Source: Psilocybe cubensis (lineage: Eukaryota). From it: DNA of 64,000 bases. The notes under the pieces are model-generated. The model ran no database searches, was not told the DNA's origin, and saw only the letters and a list, made by a program, of their open reading frames with translations. Positions 1-12,852 of the stretch are shown in pieces. The stretch's first letter is position 1. Each line of letters starts with the position of its first letter. The stretch is taken from positions 2,914,001 to 2,978,000 of the forward strand of contig CM039003.1 in the NCBI GenBank assembly GCA_017499595.2. Reading direction: 5' to 3'. A program made the position numbers and the translations under genes.

Positions 1-3000
1 AAAAAACACACAAAAAAAAGTAAGTACCCAAAGAAATAGAATGCAGGGTGAGACGTTGAAGTTTTGTAGTGCAAGCCCAGAAGATTTCCCCCGTTGCCCG
101 ACTCCAAGCTGAAGAAATTCTGGCGTTTCCCTTCGAAACGCAGGTCGTTCGTCAGACTCTGGAAAACATGTTGCCAGAGTCGCACCCACTCCGCGTAGGT
201 CTTAATTGGATTGCCATTTATGGTACTAATATCAAGTTTCTGTAGAGGATGGTGGATTTCCTCCGACGATATGAGGACTTCACCTTTTTGAATTACGATG
301 TTTCATCATCGAGCATGCGAGCGGCCATCAAGTATAGGCAAAGCTTGGCTGCCCTTCAGAACAGCATCGTAGAGACACCCTGCGTAACCTCGGCTACATG
401 GGAGCAGGCGGGTAGCTTATTTGCAGCATACCGTCTACTCAATCTCGTAGCGTTGTGGCCAGCAGCCTTTGGACCATCGTTGCCGGTGACCGTGCCCCTG
501 AATGAAATACAGGCCAGCACAGGAACTAAGGAAATATTTTCACGGTTCAAGGTATGCGATCATGAAGTCACTCAATGTTAATTCTTAATTTTCAAACAAT
601 TATTGTAGCTTGTAGATGACTTGAAGGACTGGCCGGCAATGCTCTGCTCTGCCAGGAAGCGCATCCTCAGAGCCGACTCTAAGTCGCACAGAAACATCAA
701 CACCCCTTCTATCAGTGACACGCCGTCATCCGCTTTCACCCAGGGCGGGCCCTCGGAATCAACGCTATTACTCTGTCTGGCGCGTAACCACTTCAAGGGT
801 GTTGTGGGGAAAATAATCGGGAATGTGTACTGCGCCTCGCTACACTACCAAATCTTGTCAGGAATGCGCGGTATGAAGGACGATGAACACGTTCTACCAG
901 ACATTCCAACGGACACGGCTACTCTTGCAAATCTCTAGTAAGTTTTCTTTCCTCTATTCATTGATACAATCTGCTCAACATACCCTAGTGCAAGCGGCCA
1001 TCCTGATGCTGCGTTGTTCCTCTCAGAGGTCACGCCATCTCATTTAAAAATTCCTCTGCATGTCGCCCTTTTCATATCCCCCATCCTTCTTTTTGTGAAT
1101 AAATCTTGGTATTCTAAGAAATGTGACCGGGAGCAGCTGCTTAAAGTAGGTGTATCCACATCCTCCCAGTTTAACTTGGATTAACGCACTCCTTTAGGCC
1201 TCAAAAGCGCTCGGTAATTGTCGCCCCCGTGTTCTGCGTGAAGTGGAGATGGAAATTTGGAAAATCATTGCAGCGCAAAATTGCGACATCCAGTCAGCCT
1301 TATATAAACTTGTTATCTCAGACTGCTGGATGGAATGCGAGCGGGTAATTGCACAAGATCCCGCGTTTCACTTTTTCATATGTGTGTTCTACGTACTGTA
1401 ACAAAATAACAATTTAAACTAATAATTGGCCAGCGTCAACGAGCAGCGCCGAGGTTACAGCAAATTCTAACCTAGCAAGGCGCAGCACTGAACCACACGG
1501 TAAGTTATAAGCAAAGTCTGCGTCAATTACATGATTTAAATCCGTTTAAAACAGCTCAACTTCAGACCGTTTCCCATCATGGTGAAAAAACCACCTGTGA
1601 AGGGTCCGACGCAGACGCGGAGGGTGACGATGATCACGAAGTGGACACGACGGAAATGGTCAGCATGGGTCAACGGGAGAACGGGGACAATACGGTCCCT
1701 ACCTCAAATATACAGCCTCCGGAAGACACGTCTTCAGTGGCTGGCAAGGATGTCAGCATGGGTCAACAGGAGAACGGGGACAATATGGTCCCTACCTCAG
1801 ATATACAGCCTCCGGAAGACACATCTTCGGTGGCTGGCAAGGATGTGCCCACGGACGAGCAACCTGGTTTGCCGCGGAGTGATGATATTGGATCTGGTCT
1901 ACTTCAGACTGAGAATACTGGGCCCTCATCTGCAGGGGATTGTGAGATGAACGTCGATCCGGAGCAAGCTGATGTCGACCATCAAATGGAGGATGGTCCA
2001 CATACCAATGGTCCAGAAAATTTGGGAGATGGCGGGGCTGGACAAGGAGCTGAAGGGTCTTCTGACGAGGCAAATCGTATGTCGGAAGTTCACGAGGGCG
2101 AAAAGCAGGGGCAAGACGGAGAACGACCCGACGAGGAGAACCGAATGTCAGAAGATGGTGAGGAGGAAAGGCCAGACGACAGTTCGTCGGACAATGAGAC
2201 CGAGAAGCAGGGGCAAGGGGATGTTCCACCAGTCCAGGAGGACAGAATGTCGGTCGATGGAGAGGGGGTAGGCCCAGAGCAAAACAATGATTCCTCAGAC
2301 ATGGAGAGGAATACATTGGAAGACAGCCAAGGCGAAAAGGAGGGGGAGAACGCACCTCCTGCTCCTCTTATTTTGAGGATTCCTCCTGTTTCCCAGATAA
2401 ACAGGAGCAAAAACACCACGGCTGACTCCTCTCAGAAAGGGAAAGGGAAGGGCCGGCAGGGCCTTTCCAAGCGGCCTCCCAAACGCAAGCCGACGCAGGC
2501 TACCGACACATTTGATTCGGACGACGACCTGTGTATTGATGTCGATCTGTACGACAGCAACACCACCCTTGATGTCGTCAGCACTCCGGAGAAGGTGTAT
2601 GGCACCAAAGTTTGGTCCACCTACAACGGTCGTGGCCAACTTAAAAGTTTCTGCGTTGTTGCCCATGTAAGTCATTCTCGATATTGATTTTTTCGTCATT
2701 TATTTATTCTCCAAACAAGAGTCAAGCCGACGTGGATCGTGTTGAAAGGGTTCTGGAATTGGTCGAGAGTGACTACGTCGATGGAGTTCCATTGCACATA
2801 GCACGTCCCGAAGAATCATGTTTTGCGGTATTCGACCGCAGCACCACGAAATCCATGTATCTGATGGAGTCTTTCTCTGAAAGGAACGTCGTCCTTATGT
2901 CTCCTTCTCAAGAGGAGTCTATTTCAACTTGCTCCGACGAGTTCTACAGCCAGGTACGTCGCCATATGGGTGATATGACGAGCACCAGGTCAATCCAAGG

Positions 3001-4731
3001 TGTGTTTCCTCTTCGATGTTTTGATTTTTCTTTCTGCGTCTCATGCTAATGGCCGTAACAGATATGTCGACCATGTCGTCTAACCCCATCGAGAGGATTA
3101 AGCGTGGGTCCCTCTCTCAGGTCATGGAAGCAGCGAGGATGAAAGGCAAAAGAGGAAAGATCCTCAATGCCCTCGACATCCCTTTACCTCATGCAGGCGC
3201 TCACTCTTTTGACTTGAGTACTGAGGCGGCTGCTCTTCGGGCTACATCTGGTAGCTGGAAGTATAGTACCCCCGTCCCATTTGGTGATATGTCATGGGGA
3301 CTCGTAGCTACAGAGGGGGCATTTTCAGATATCCATATCGATGCCAATGGTTTCTGTTCCTTCATCCAACCTCTTCATGGACTGAAGCTGTGGATTATCA
3401 TGTATCCCAGACGGTTGGATGTTGACCTTTCTTCTGACCGCCGTGTATTTCTGGGAGACAAGCTGGATTACGGGGAAACGCACCACCAAGACTGGATTTA
3501 CGAGGCGATTGTTCTCGATAACCAGTCAGAACTGTATGTGATTTTTGAATGTCCTACCCATTTGATTATATTGACGCTACTTTGAAAAACAGCTTCATGA
3601 GACCGAATACTCTACATATGGCGTATTCTATCTCCTCAGTGGTTTGCCGTGGCGGACATTTTTACTCCTCCACTTCCTTCGAAGAAACCCTGACAGGAAT
3701 CATTCACTGTTTTACCGCTGGATACAGGGCAACAAATACGAATCATTCAACGTCCCGATTTTTCCTGCAGCAAACCATACATTGGTTCTACAAGGTTTTG
3801 GTTGAAGGTGACAGCGACCCAGAAGGTATGAGGTTTTTTACCGTTTCCTACAAGATATCTGATTCTTTTCTTCTATTTTCTCTCAGATTTTTATGAAATG
3901 TACCATGTCCCATTCTACAGTACGCAGTCCGGATACTCGAGCTTGATAGCTCTGTGCGTGTGCATGATCTTGGCAAATGCGCTCGACTACGAGACCTATC
4001 GAAATCCCGATCAGATGTTCTCCACCAAGACTTCGGCACAGTTAGACGCATGGATGCGGTGGGATACCAACAGCCTGAGCGACGAAGAGCGCAAGGCGTG
4101 CATCTTTGCCCGTGGCGAAGCCTTGGCTATTCTAGAGTGGCTATGTTATCGCACGAAGTCCATCCACTACATGATTGAGACGGACAAAAACAAGGATGCA
4201 CAAAATATCATGGCGACAGAAAAGTTCCATGAAATGATACTTTGCCGCTATGCCCGTATGATTCTAGCCTACGACGCAGAAGCCAAACATAACAACATTG
4301 GTGGTGCCCCTTGCTGTACCGACACCAGTTTGCTTTTTGTCCAGCTTCAGGGCGTCTGCAGCGGAGAATTGAACAAGGTTATATGTCGCAGTATCGACCA
4401 GCTTCCTCGTTCCTCGGTCCCAAAGATGCTCAAGTTACCCGTAATCACTCTCATTGACTGTGATGCCTGTGCGGATTCCTCAACGCAATTGAGTAGGTGG
4501 ACCAGTGTCTGCCTTTGGATATTCACTAACCACGTCACAAACTAGGAACTCCCAAGGAGATTCTGGAACTTGGTACGAGTGTGAGGGATAAACTGTATCT
4601 GGATGGCATGAAAGTCAAGCTGGAGAGCACAAATCCGAGTACGTGTGTTCGATTATGCCTTTACGTCGCAAATGCTTATCTCTTCATCAGAATCAGAGTC
4701 TGTTCCGCCTTCTAAACGACGGCGACTTTGA
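1..4731 (+). CDS. Multi-exon JmjC-like 2OG/Fe(II) dioxygenase with long acidic low-complexity region; 5' end lies before the window
   Basis: Exons linked by GT-AG introns. JmjC-type motifs WGLVATEGAFSDIHIDANG (HxD), GLKLWII and FMRPNTLHMAYS..VCRGGHFY (distal His). C-terminal PPSKRRRL* (NLS-like), stop at 4729-4731. Confidence 0.75.
1659..1846 (+). repeat. 93-bp (31-codon) tandem duplication inside the JmjC gene
   Basis: gtcagcatgggtcaac...ggctggcaaggat at 1659 and 1752; peptide VSMGQ(R/Q)ENGDN(T/M)VPTS(N/D)IQPPEDTSSVAGKD occurs twice. Confidence 0.9.
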
Positions 4732-5202
4732 TATTGTACAACACATTGACACACATCTTGATTTACATACATGCCATGTTTTATTTAGTACTGAAAGGCG
4801 TGTATGTCCTGTAACATAATGACGATTGTTTTATTATCTGTAGTTGTGTGCTGCTCGTATCGCCAGACCAATACGCAAATTCTCGCTGGGATGAAAGCTT
4901 CTGGCTTTACTGTAACTGCTGTGCGTTTGAATTTATCATCAAGGTCAATGAAATCAACTAACTTACGTTTGTTGATGCTTCTTCCACCCACTTCAAAAAA
5001 TGTGTTAGTGTCTTTGTTCTGGTGCGTATATACAGTAAAGCTCTTCCGAAGCCCTCCTTGGATTGTACTACGGATTGGTTGAATACTAACCCATGTGAAA
5101 TTTGTTTGTATTAACGGAGACATAATCAGATAACATTTATAGACCCACTGCACGTTACTGAACATTACATTATCAGTTTTTTTTTCGTATCTTCGCTTTT
5201 GT

Positions 5203-8200
5203 ATGAGTCGTTGTTTCAACATGGGAAAGGGCAAGGGCAAGAGAACTCAGGAAATCTGTGTGCGTTGTCCTCGATGCAACAAGCCATTCGCTAAGCATGC
5301 AGATGTCCAAAATCACATCAATCAACCAAAATCGGCATGTCGTTTTCAATATGAGAACGTTATGCATTTTCAGTCCAATCGTTCAAGCTCTACATCTAGA
5401 TCAGCAACCCCCGTATCTCGAGACCCTTCTCCCGAAATTGGTAATTTTATGGAAGTGGACTATATCGACAATTTTCTTGGCGCGTCATCAGAGATGGAAG
5501 ATGACCCACCCCCCAAGGCATCAAAATACAACTATCCGTACGTGAAGGAGGATTATAACGGGGCTGGAAGAGCATTTGGAACAGGCCTTACATTCATGGA
5601 TCAGCTCAAACAGGATCAATTCGAACCCCAGCGGGCAGAAAATTTGTACTATCCTTTTGCCTCGAAAGATGAATGGGAGCTCTCCCTGTTCCTACTTCGC
5701 TCTGACATGAGCGTAGGAATGCTGAATGATTTTTTGAAACTTGAACTGGTAATTGAGCGTACATTCCCATCATTATTTATTTCAGCTGAGTCGATCCCGT
5801 ATAGATAAAAAAACTCAACTTGTCCTACAAGTCGGCAAAAGATCTACGCAACCGGGCAGAGATCCTTCCCTCTGGTCCGCAGTGGAAGAGTCAAACGATC
5901 ATACCAGAAATACCAAGCAAAAATCAGCTAACGCTTTTTTACCGCGATGGATTGGAATGTATCAAGGCGCTTCTCATCAGTCCCTTGCTCCAAGATAGCA
6001 TGCACTTTAGCCCATTCAAGCTCTTCGACAAGTGCAACGAGATGATGCGGGTATACACTGAGTGGTTTAGCGGTGACATTGCGCATTTTATGCAGGTTAG
6101 TAGCAATGCCTTTGTCCAAGTTTGACGACAGTATAACAAGGTTCCCAAGGACCAGCTCCCAAAAGGAGCAACACTTGTACCTCCTATTATTTCCACGGAT
6201 AAAACCAACATTTCCAACATGACCGGAGGCCGTGTCGCCTACCCTGGCCTTATCAGCATTGCCAACATAATGATGAACGTTAGAAACAAATCGTCAAATC
6301 ATTTATTCCTTCTTTTTGTTCTTCTTCCCATACCAAAGTTTCTTCATCGCTCCAAAGCTGTGAATGGGATGATGGCAGCACGGCTATATCACCAGTGCAT
6401 GGACATTGCTCTAGAATCGGTCAAACAAACTGCGAGGGTGGGAACCACCATGGCAGATGCATTGGGGAATAATCGTTTCTGCTTTACACCGCTTGCTGCC
6501 CTTATCGTTGATACTCCAGAATCTGCTCTGGCGGCTTGCGTCGCAGGATCCACATCCTCTGTGACGTTGGCACAATACGAGACGTTTGGGGATTCCTTTC
6601 GCCACCCTTCCCGAACTGCAGATCATACAATCAACACCATCATGGCCATCAACAATGTTAAGCCCCCTAATCATCTCGAACCATATCTAAAAGAAAGCAA
6701 AAAGCACCGTCTCAATGGGGTTCACCTACCGTTTTGGAGAGATTGGCCCTTGTCTGATCCTTCTGCATTCCTTACGCCTGAACCCCTTCATCACTGGCAC
6801 AAGATGTTCTGGGATCATGATGCAAAATGGTGCATTGCTGCAGTCGGAGGTTCCGAATTGGATTTTCGATTTTCGATTTTACAGCACCGCACTGGTTTCC
6901 GACACTTCAAGGAAGGGATTTCTTCCTTGAAACAAGTGACCGGTAGGGAACATCGGGACGTTCAGCGATACATTGTTGCTCTCATTGCAGACACAGTCAG
7001 TACACCCTTTATCTTAGCCATCCGGTCTCTGATGGACTTTCGGTATCTCGCACAATCTCAAACAATCTCCGAGGCAATGTGTCTCAGAATTGAGCAGGCA
7101 CTGCAAGATTTCCATGCCAATAAACAAGCCATCCTTGACGCGGGAGCACGTCGAGGTAAAAAAAACAACCCAATCGATAATTTCTATATTCCAAAACTCG
7201 AGTTTTTGCAAAGTGTAGTACACGCAATTAGACTAAATGGATGTGCAATCCAATGGTCTGCAGACACGACAGAGCATGCACATATCGAGGTGGTCAAAGC
7301 CCCTTCCAGTTCCAGCAATAATCAAAGATACGAGCCTCAAGTTTGTCGATACCTTGATCGTCGTGACAAATTGCGCAATTTCGATTTGTTTACAGCTATA
7401 CGAGAAATGAGGATTGATTTTCGGGCTATACACTCTGCAACAATTACGGATGAGGAGGAGCAGGAGGAGGGGGATGAGGGGGAGGAAAACGGCGAGGTTG
7501 TGATGGACACAACGTCAGAACTTCTTTCAACAATCATGCCGATGACAACCTTTCAATCAGCAAAGTCCAATCGCATTGTGGATTACTTCTACAAAGCTAG
7601 TCTCTATGAGCGTGGCGTATTGGAAGGCCCAGTCCCCTACAGAACATTTTCTTGCAGCAAAAACGTTGTTGCCCATTTATCTAGGGATGCTAGTTCCAAA
7701 AGATTGCATATCGACGAGGTTGCGAGCATTTTTAAAATTCCCGACCTACGACCAGCAATTGCCGATTATGTGTCACTCATCAATAAGGAATCAAATCCGA
7801 GACAGACCAATTCTCGAGGTTATCACATCAAGGGGATAACTGGCAGGCGTGTTTCTCCTCCCGGTTGTCCGTTGCCGTATTCAAAACTTGAGGTATGGCA
7901 TAAGGTCCGTATACAGTCGACTGCGTACCAATACCCTCATGAGATCCTGGAGGCAGTCACACTTAATGCATATCCGCCATCTAACAAACATCCTTTTGGA
8001 TACTTCGATTCAGCAATCATAAACGTGGATGAATCTGAGGAGTGGCCTCGCAGCGGGCTTCAAGGTAGTACTTCTTTGTGACTTTTTTCCGAACCCCGTT
8101 GACCAGCCAATATTGTAGGCCATTCTGTCGTCGACATTCGTATTATTTTTCGCATTGTCGGAGAGACACCCAGTACTGTGTCTCCCGATATTACTGGAAG

Positions 8201-8507
8201 ATTTCTCGCATACGTCCAACGTTTTGAGGTTTTAAATCAGCCACAGTCTCTAGGTTCTGCGATCCGTGGACCTTACCCAGAGCCAATAACCGGCATGTAT
8301 AAATTAAAACGAAGTCAACGTACAGATAACACCATTATGGGTGGAATTTTACCATTGAATCAAATACGCTCCCTGGTTGATCTGGTCCCTCAGATGGGCG
8401 AGAAGGCAAGGCGAAGCCTTACTACACATAACAGTCATTCCACTAGCACCGAGTTCCGATTAAACAAATATTTTGACAAAGAACTCTATTTGGCCCTGTC
8501 ATCATAA
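5203..8507 (+). CDS. Plavaka transposase with N-terminal C2H2-like Zn finger (4 exons: ~5203-5748, 5805-6095, 6150-8064, 8119-8507)
   Basis: CPRCNKPF..NHINQPKSAC; YYPFASKDEWEL; LFYRDGLECIKALL; RVYTEWFSGD; GATLVPPIISTDKTNIS.MTGGRVAYP; VDTPE; EPLHHWHKMFWDH; FYIPKLEFLQSV; QWSADTTEHAHI. Exons join in frame at canonical splice sites. Confidence 0.88.
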
Positions 8508-8654
8508 CATATCCACCTCAGGAAACCCACAAAGTTTTCAATCCCTAATGCACATTGCCACTCAAATTATCACCCAACACGCCGGCCTCGTTGTACACAA
8601 AGACGACTCGGATCAATATCAACAGCCGCTTCTCACCAGTCCCGCTTTCTCACA

Positions 8655-9066
8655 CTGTATCATCGTCACCTACTGCATATCCCTCCATCCATCTCATCTC
8701 TGCAGAATCAAGTCGTTCTCGCTCATCTTCCGCTCACCACCGCCCAAACTCCAAAGGATTCTTCCCAGAGTGCCTCTTCCTCTAAACAAAAATTCGCCTC
8801 CAGTCTTGTCGGTCCGTCCTGTCCTCAATTAGCGCCCATCTTGCCGGAGATACTCACTTTATTTTTTCAATTCCATTGCAGATTAAGCTGTCAGCACCTT
8901 ATCTGAGATCTGGCGCCCTCAAGACATTCCCTCCCTATTTCTACCCACTGAAGTCCTTTGAGGATTGAGGACATCTGGAAACATACTGCAGACAGCACTA
9001 TGTTATCTCGAAGCCATTCGTCCCAAGGTTCCCAAAATTTGCAAGAGGAAAGCATTGGCCTCTCTC
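8655..9066 (+). pseudogene. Deleted, frameshifted duplicate of the 5' half of the downstream cyclin gene
   Basis: 8660-8946 matches ~9090-9380, including the intron. 8968-9060 matches ~9616-9708. The intervening ~200 bp is missing, and GAT TAA GCT replaces GAT CAA GCT (stop codon). Confidence 0.8.
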
Positions 9067-9089
9067 CCACAATCCATACCTGCCATGCC

Positions 9090-10191
9090 TCTGTATCATT
9101 ACCTACTGAATACCCCTCCATCCGTCTCATTTCTGCAGAATCAAGTTGTTCTCACTCATCTATTCCACCCACCACTGCGCAAATTCCAAAGGATTCTTCC
9201 CAGAGCGCCTCTTCTTCTAAACAAAAATTTTTTTCAAGGCTTGCCGGTCCGTCCTGTCCTCAATTAGCGCCCACCTTGCCGGAGATACTCACTTTATTTT
9301 TTAAATTCCATTGCAGATCAAGCTGTCAGCACCTTGTCCGAGATCTGGCACCCTCAGGATATTCCTTCCGTGTTCCTACCCCCCGCCAAAGTAGGGGGTA
9401 GCTCTTTTCCTCCTACTCATTCCCGTCCAACTTCCAAGCAGATCTCTTCCGATTTGCAATCCATAGCGTCTCATACACATCCAATACATCCACACAACAG
9501 TCATCCCTCCGTATCCGGCCATAACCCTTCCCCGACCCTCTTGCTTGCCTCGGGCACCAAATCCGATCAGATATTACCCCTCAAGTCTTTTGTTTATAAA
9601 GTCCTTCGCCACTCAAGGACATCTAAAAACGTACTGCAGATAGCACTATGTTATCTAGAATCCATTCGTCCCAAGGTCCCACAGATTTTGCAAGAGGAAA
9701 ACATCGGCATTCGCTCTTATGCTCAGCCCAAAAGCAGTATTCAGAAAGCTACCCCAGAAGAGCTGGCGATGGATGCTGAGCTTACTGCTCTTGAGAACTC
9801 CGGCAAGATCAACATCATCAATAATTTCATTGACAATTCTATGCAAACATTCCGTGTTGCCGATTCTGGTTCACAAGATCTGGCTGAATCGTGCATCTAT
9901 CCACAAGACTCTCTGTCCAGCGTAGATGTGCAGGTCTCAACGGCTCCTCTTTCCACCACCCTTTCTTTGCCATCTCCCCTCCTGTGTCCCCGTAGAGCCT
10001 TTCTGGCATCCCTCATCCTGGCCTCCAAATTTTCACAAGAAAAGTGTTATTCTAACCGTGCTTGGGCAAGGTTATCTGGTCTCCCACCTCGTGAAATTGG
10101 TCGCTGCGAACGTGCCCTCGCACAAGCCTTGCAATGGCGACTCTGGGTCGGCAAATGCGCCTTTGGTGAGAGTGCTGCAACTGCCACATAG
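9090..10191 (+). CDS. Pho80/Pcl(Clg1-like)-family cyclin, probably captured from the host; start codon uncertain
   Basis: Cyclin box LPLKSFVYKVLRHSRTSKNVLQIALCYLESIRPK ... LLCPRRAFLASLILASKFSQEKCYSNRAWARLSGLPPREIGRCERALAQALQWRLW. Intron ~9247-9317 (gtccgt...tactcac...ttgcag) precedes DQAVSTLSEIW. Confidence 0.8.
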
Positions 10192-10435
10192 TCTCAATAA
10201 GTTTCAACTTTCACGACCGCGCCATGTAGTACGCATTCTCAATAATCACTCTTTTGCTTGCCACCACTACGCGCGCTCCTCCCGCATTCAGTTAGATAGG
10301 CATCTTCTTAGACTAGCCTAGAAAAATCTATAGAACTTTGTTTTACGTATACAGAACCCCTGAAGAATTTTTATACCCGCGAAGTTTGTTTTCAGCTTGA
10401 ATTCCAACTACGACAAAGTGAGCGTATCACACACC

Positions 10436-10986
10436 ATGCAAATCATCAGCTATGAGGAAATTTTACGAATCGAAGCAGAAGTATTGGCCCCTACTTTCCC
10501 AGATCTAATACATCCTACAACTTTCCCAGAGGCCGCCTCACTTGCTTCTCAAAGACAGCAATACGACTTGGAAATGGCTCAGTTAGTTGAGCAGACCCAA
10601 AAAATGGTCCTTTTGACCGAGAACAGGCTGATACTGGCCATCCTGGCCCTTTTCAACGAAATTAACTGGACCACCCTGGACCCAAGGTTACTATCGTTGG
10701 CTAAAGCCAAGATTACCGAGGGTGACCAGTGGCTCAAAGCACGAGCCGTGAGTTTTCTGTTTCTTCAAGTTTCAAGTTGATACTCTTGCTTAAGATAACT
10801 AGGAGGAGACACTTCGGGATGCAGACTCAGGCAGCCCCGAGCACATATTGACCCAAGGGATGTCCATTATAGCCAACGGCCAGATTCATATTCGAACGGT
10901 AGAGGTGAGTCACAGTGATAACTACTTTGTTTCTACACTTTCTTAGTAATGGGCAGGATCTCATACGAGAATGTCAGGATCATTAA
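10436..10986 (+). CDS. Small 3-exon hypothetical helical protein (element cargo)
   Basis: ATG at 10436; in-frame exons via gtgagt...ag introns (..KARA|EETLRD..RTVE|DLIRECQDH*). Confidence 0.55.
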
Positions 10987-11290
10987 TAGGGTCAAGATAC
11001 TACATTGTAAATAGACACTTAATTGCCTTTAAAAATGTACATTTTATTGCTTGATATGATTGAAGAGCTTTACTGAGACCAATCACATTGGACATCAAAC
11101 TCTCCTAAGTCTGGAATCGTACATAGAGATAGCTAGGAAAATCCAAAGCTCGCAGTAGTAATGTTGGAATGCTACAGAGCTCAACGGAGCATCCCGCCGA
11201 TGACACATGACGCTATACTGTCTACAGCCCACTTTGATGCTACATCCGGTTGGCAGGACAATACGTTGAGTTACCTCCGAAAATCCGGAT

Positions 11291-12852
11291 TTACTGATGT
11301 GCTATCTGTTTGCACATTGAGTCAGAAAAGAGGATGCACAAATATCAAGAAAGAACATTACCTCGCTTTGCTTTGAATCTTGCTGCGATACGTCTTTATG
11401 GTCATTTCCCAGAAGGACTGGGTCAATAGGAATATCGAATATAGCCAAATCTTTCATGAGCCGCATAGAATTTTCATCAGAGTTAGACTACAAAGTTATT
11501 GAGTTTATACCGTTTGAGATACAGATTGAAGCATTAGAATACATACCTCCATATCAATATCCATTAATCTTGGTCCATCATTTGTTCTCAAAGTACCTGC
11601 TGTTCTAGAAAGCATGTCGTCGGGCTTGAACAAGGTAGAAAGAGCTAGTGGAGATGCCGGTGACTTGCTTTGAGCAGTTAGAGATGTCTGAGGCATGCCA
11701 GTAGTCAGCATCGTGCCAACAGGTCCAGAAAGCGTCTTCATAGGCTTGAGCAAGGTAGTAGGCTCTGGAACGAATGCTGATGGCTCGCTATGAGTGGCTT
11801 GAGGTGTGTGAAGAGTAGAAAGCGCTGGTGTAGACTGTGGTGGCTCGCTATGAGTGGCTTGAGATGTTTGAAGGGTAAGAGGTGCTCGTGTGGACTCTGG
11901 TGGCTCACTATGAGCAGCTTGAGGTGTTTGAGGAGTAACGGGCGCTGGTGTAGACTCTGGTGGCTCGCTACGAGCGGCTTGAGGTGTCTGCAGAGTAGGA
12001 AGCGCTGGTGTAGACTCTGGTGGCTCGCTACGAGCGGCTTGAGGTGTCTGCAGAGTAAGAGGCGCTGGTGTAGACTCTGGTGGCTCGCTACGAGCGGCTT
12101 GAGGTGTCTGAAGCGTGGTGGTAGGTAGCATTGTGCCAGTGGCTTCTGTTGCGGATGCTAGTAGATTTCCATGCGCAATTTGGTTGTTCAACGCTTCTGG
12201 AACCATCTGAGGTGTTATGGGCGCGTTTTGAACCAATGGAAGGGTATTAAGCACATTCCGAACCGCCTGGACACCAAGTTTTGTGTTCACTACTAAAGAA
12301 GCACCTTTGGTTGTGAAAGATGTACTTAGAGGCTGCTGGGTAATAGCCGCTGACACAATATTCGTAGAAGTGCTTGGTGTAGACTTTGAATATTCAAATA
12401 CACGTCAAAAACAAGTGATTATAGGCGTAATTGACCTCTCGTACCTCAGTTTTTTCAACGTCAATGGGATGAGTTGAAGAAGCCTCTGATAATCCTGGTG
12501 GTACTACAATCCTTGATGCCGCGGTATCTGGAAGTTTGTCTAGTGATTCTTGCTTGATTTCCTTGCTATGGACATCTTAGAAGGTTATTATTCTGGTAAG
12601 CAAATGCGCAGTATAACAGTATATATTCTACATACCTTTGACGAGAGCTTGGAGAGCTTTTTTGGCGTCTTTGAACTCTTGATAAATGTCTTCCCAGTTT
12701 TGAGGCCGAAGCTCTTTCCGCTTCTTATGAATGGCGTGCCAGGCGATGGTGGCAGTATCTAATCTGTTACGAGCCACTTCAATCGCTGAAAATATTATTT
12801 AATCCCTCATACAATATGTATCTATGGAGTGCATACATTTTTCTGACTCCAT
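11291..12852 (-). CDS. Multi-exon hypothetical protein with Pro/Thr/Ser-rich 20-aa repeats (element cargo)
   Basis: MESEK|SIEVARNRLD..ALVK|DVHSKEIK..|STPSTST.. joins ORF 11505-12356 in frame; terminal exons end IAHQ* at 11291. Confidence 0.6.
11776..12115 (-). repeat. 60-bp coding tandem repeat, ~6 copies (TLQTPQAARSEPPESTPAPL)
   Basis: Consecutive 60-nt lines 11761-12061 align column by column (ggtgtagactctggtggctcgctacgagcggcttgaggtgtctg). Confidence 0.95.

Noticed and set aside
1792-2699. Long antisense ORFs over the acidic exon (likewise over the BTB, SMC6 and WD40 exons)
   Set aside because: Shadow frames of real coding exons on the opposite strand.
4785-5240. Overlapping ORFs between the JmjC and Plavaka genes
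   Set aside because: No recognisable motifs; more likely terminator/promoter DNA.
11776-12115. Regular repeat array as a possible CRISPR
   Set aside because: Contiguous 60-bp coding units without unique spacers; eukaryotic context; no cas genes.
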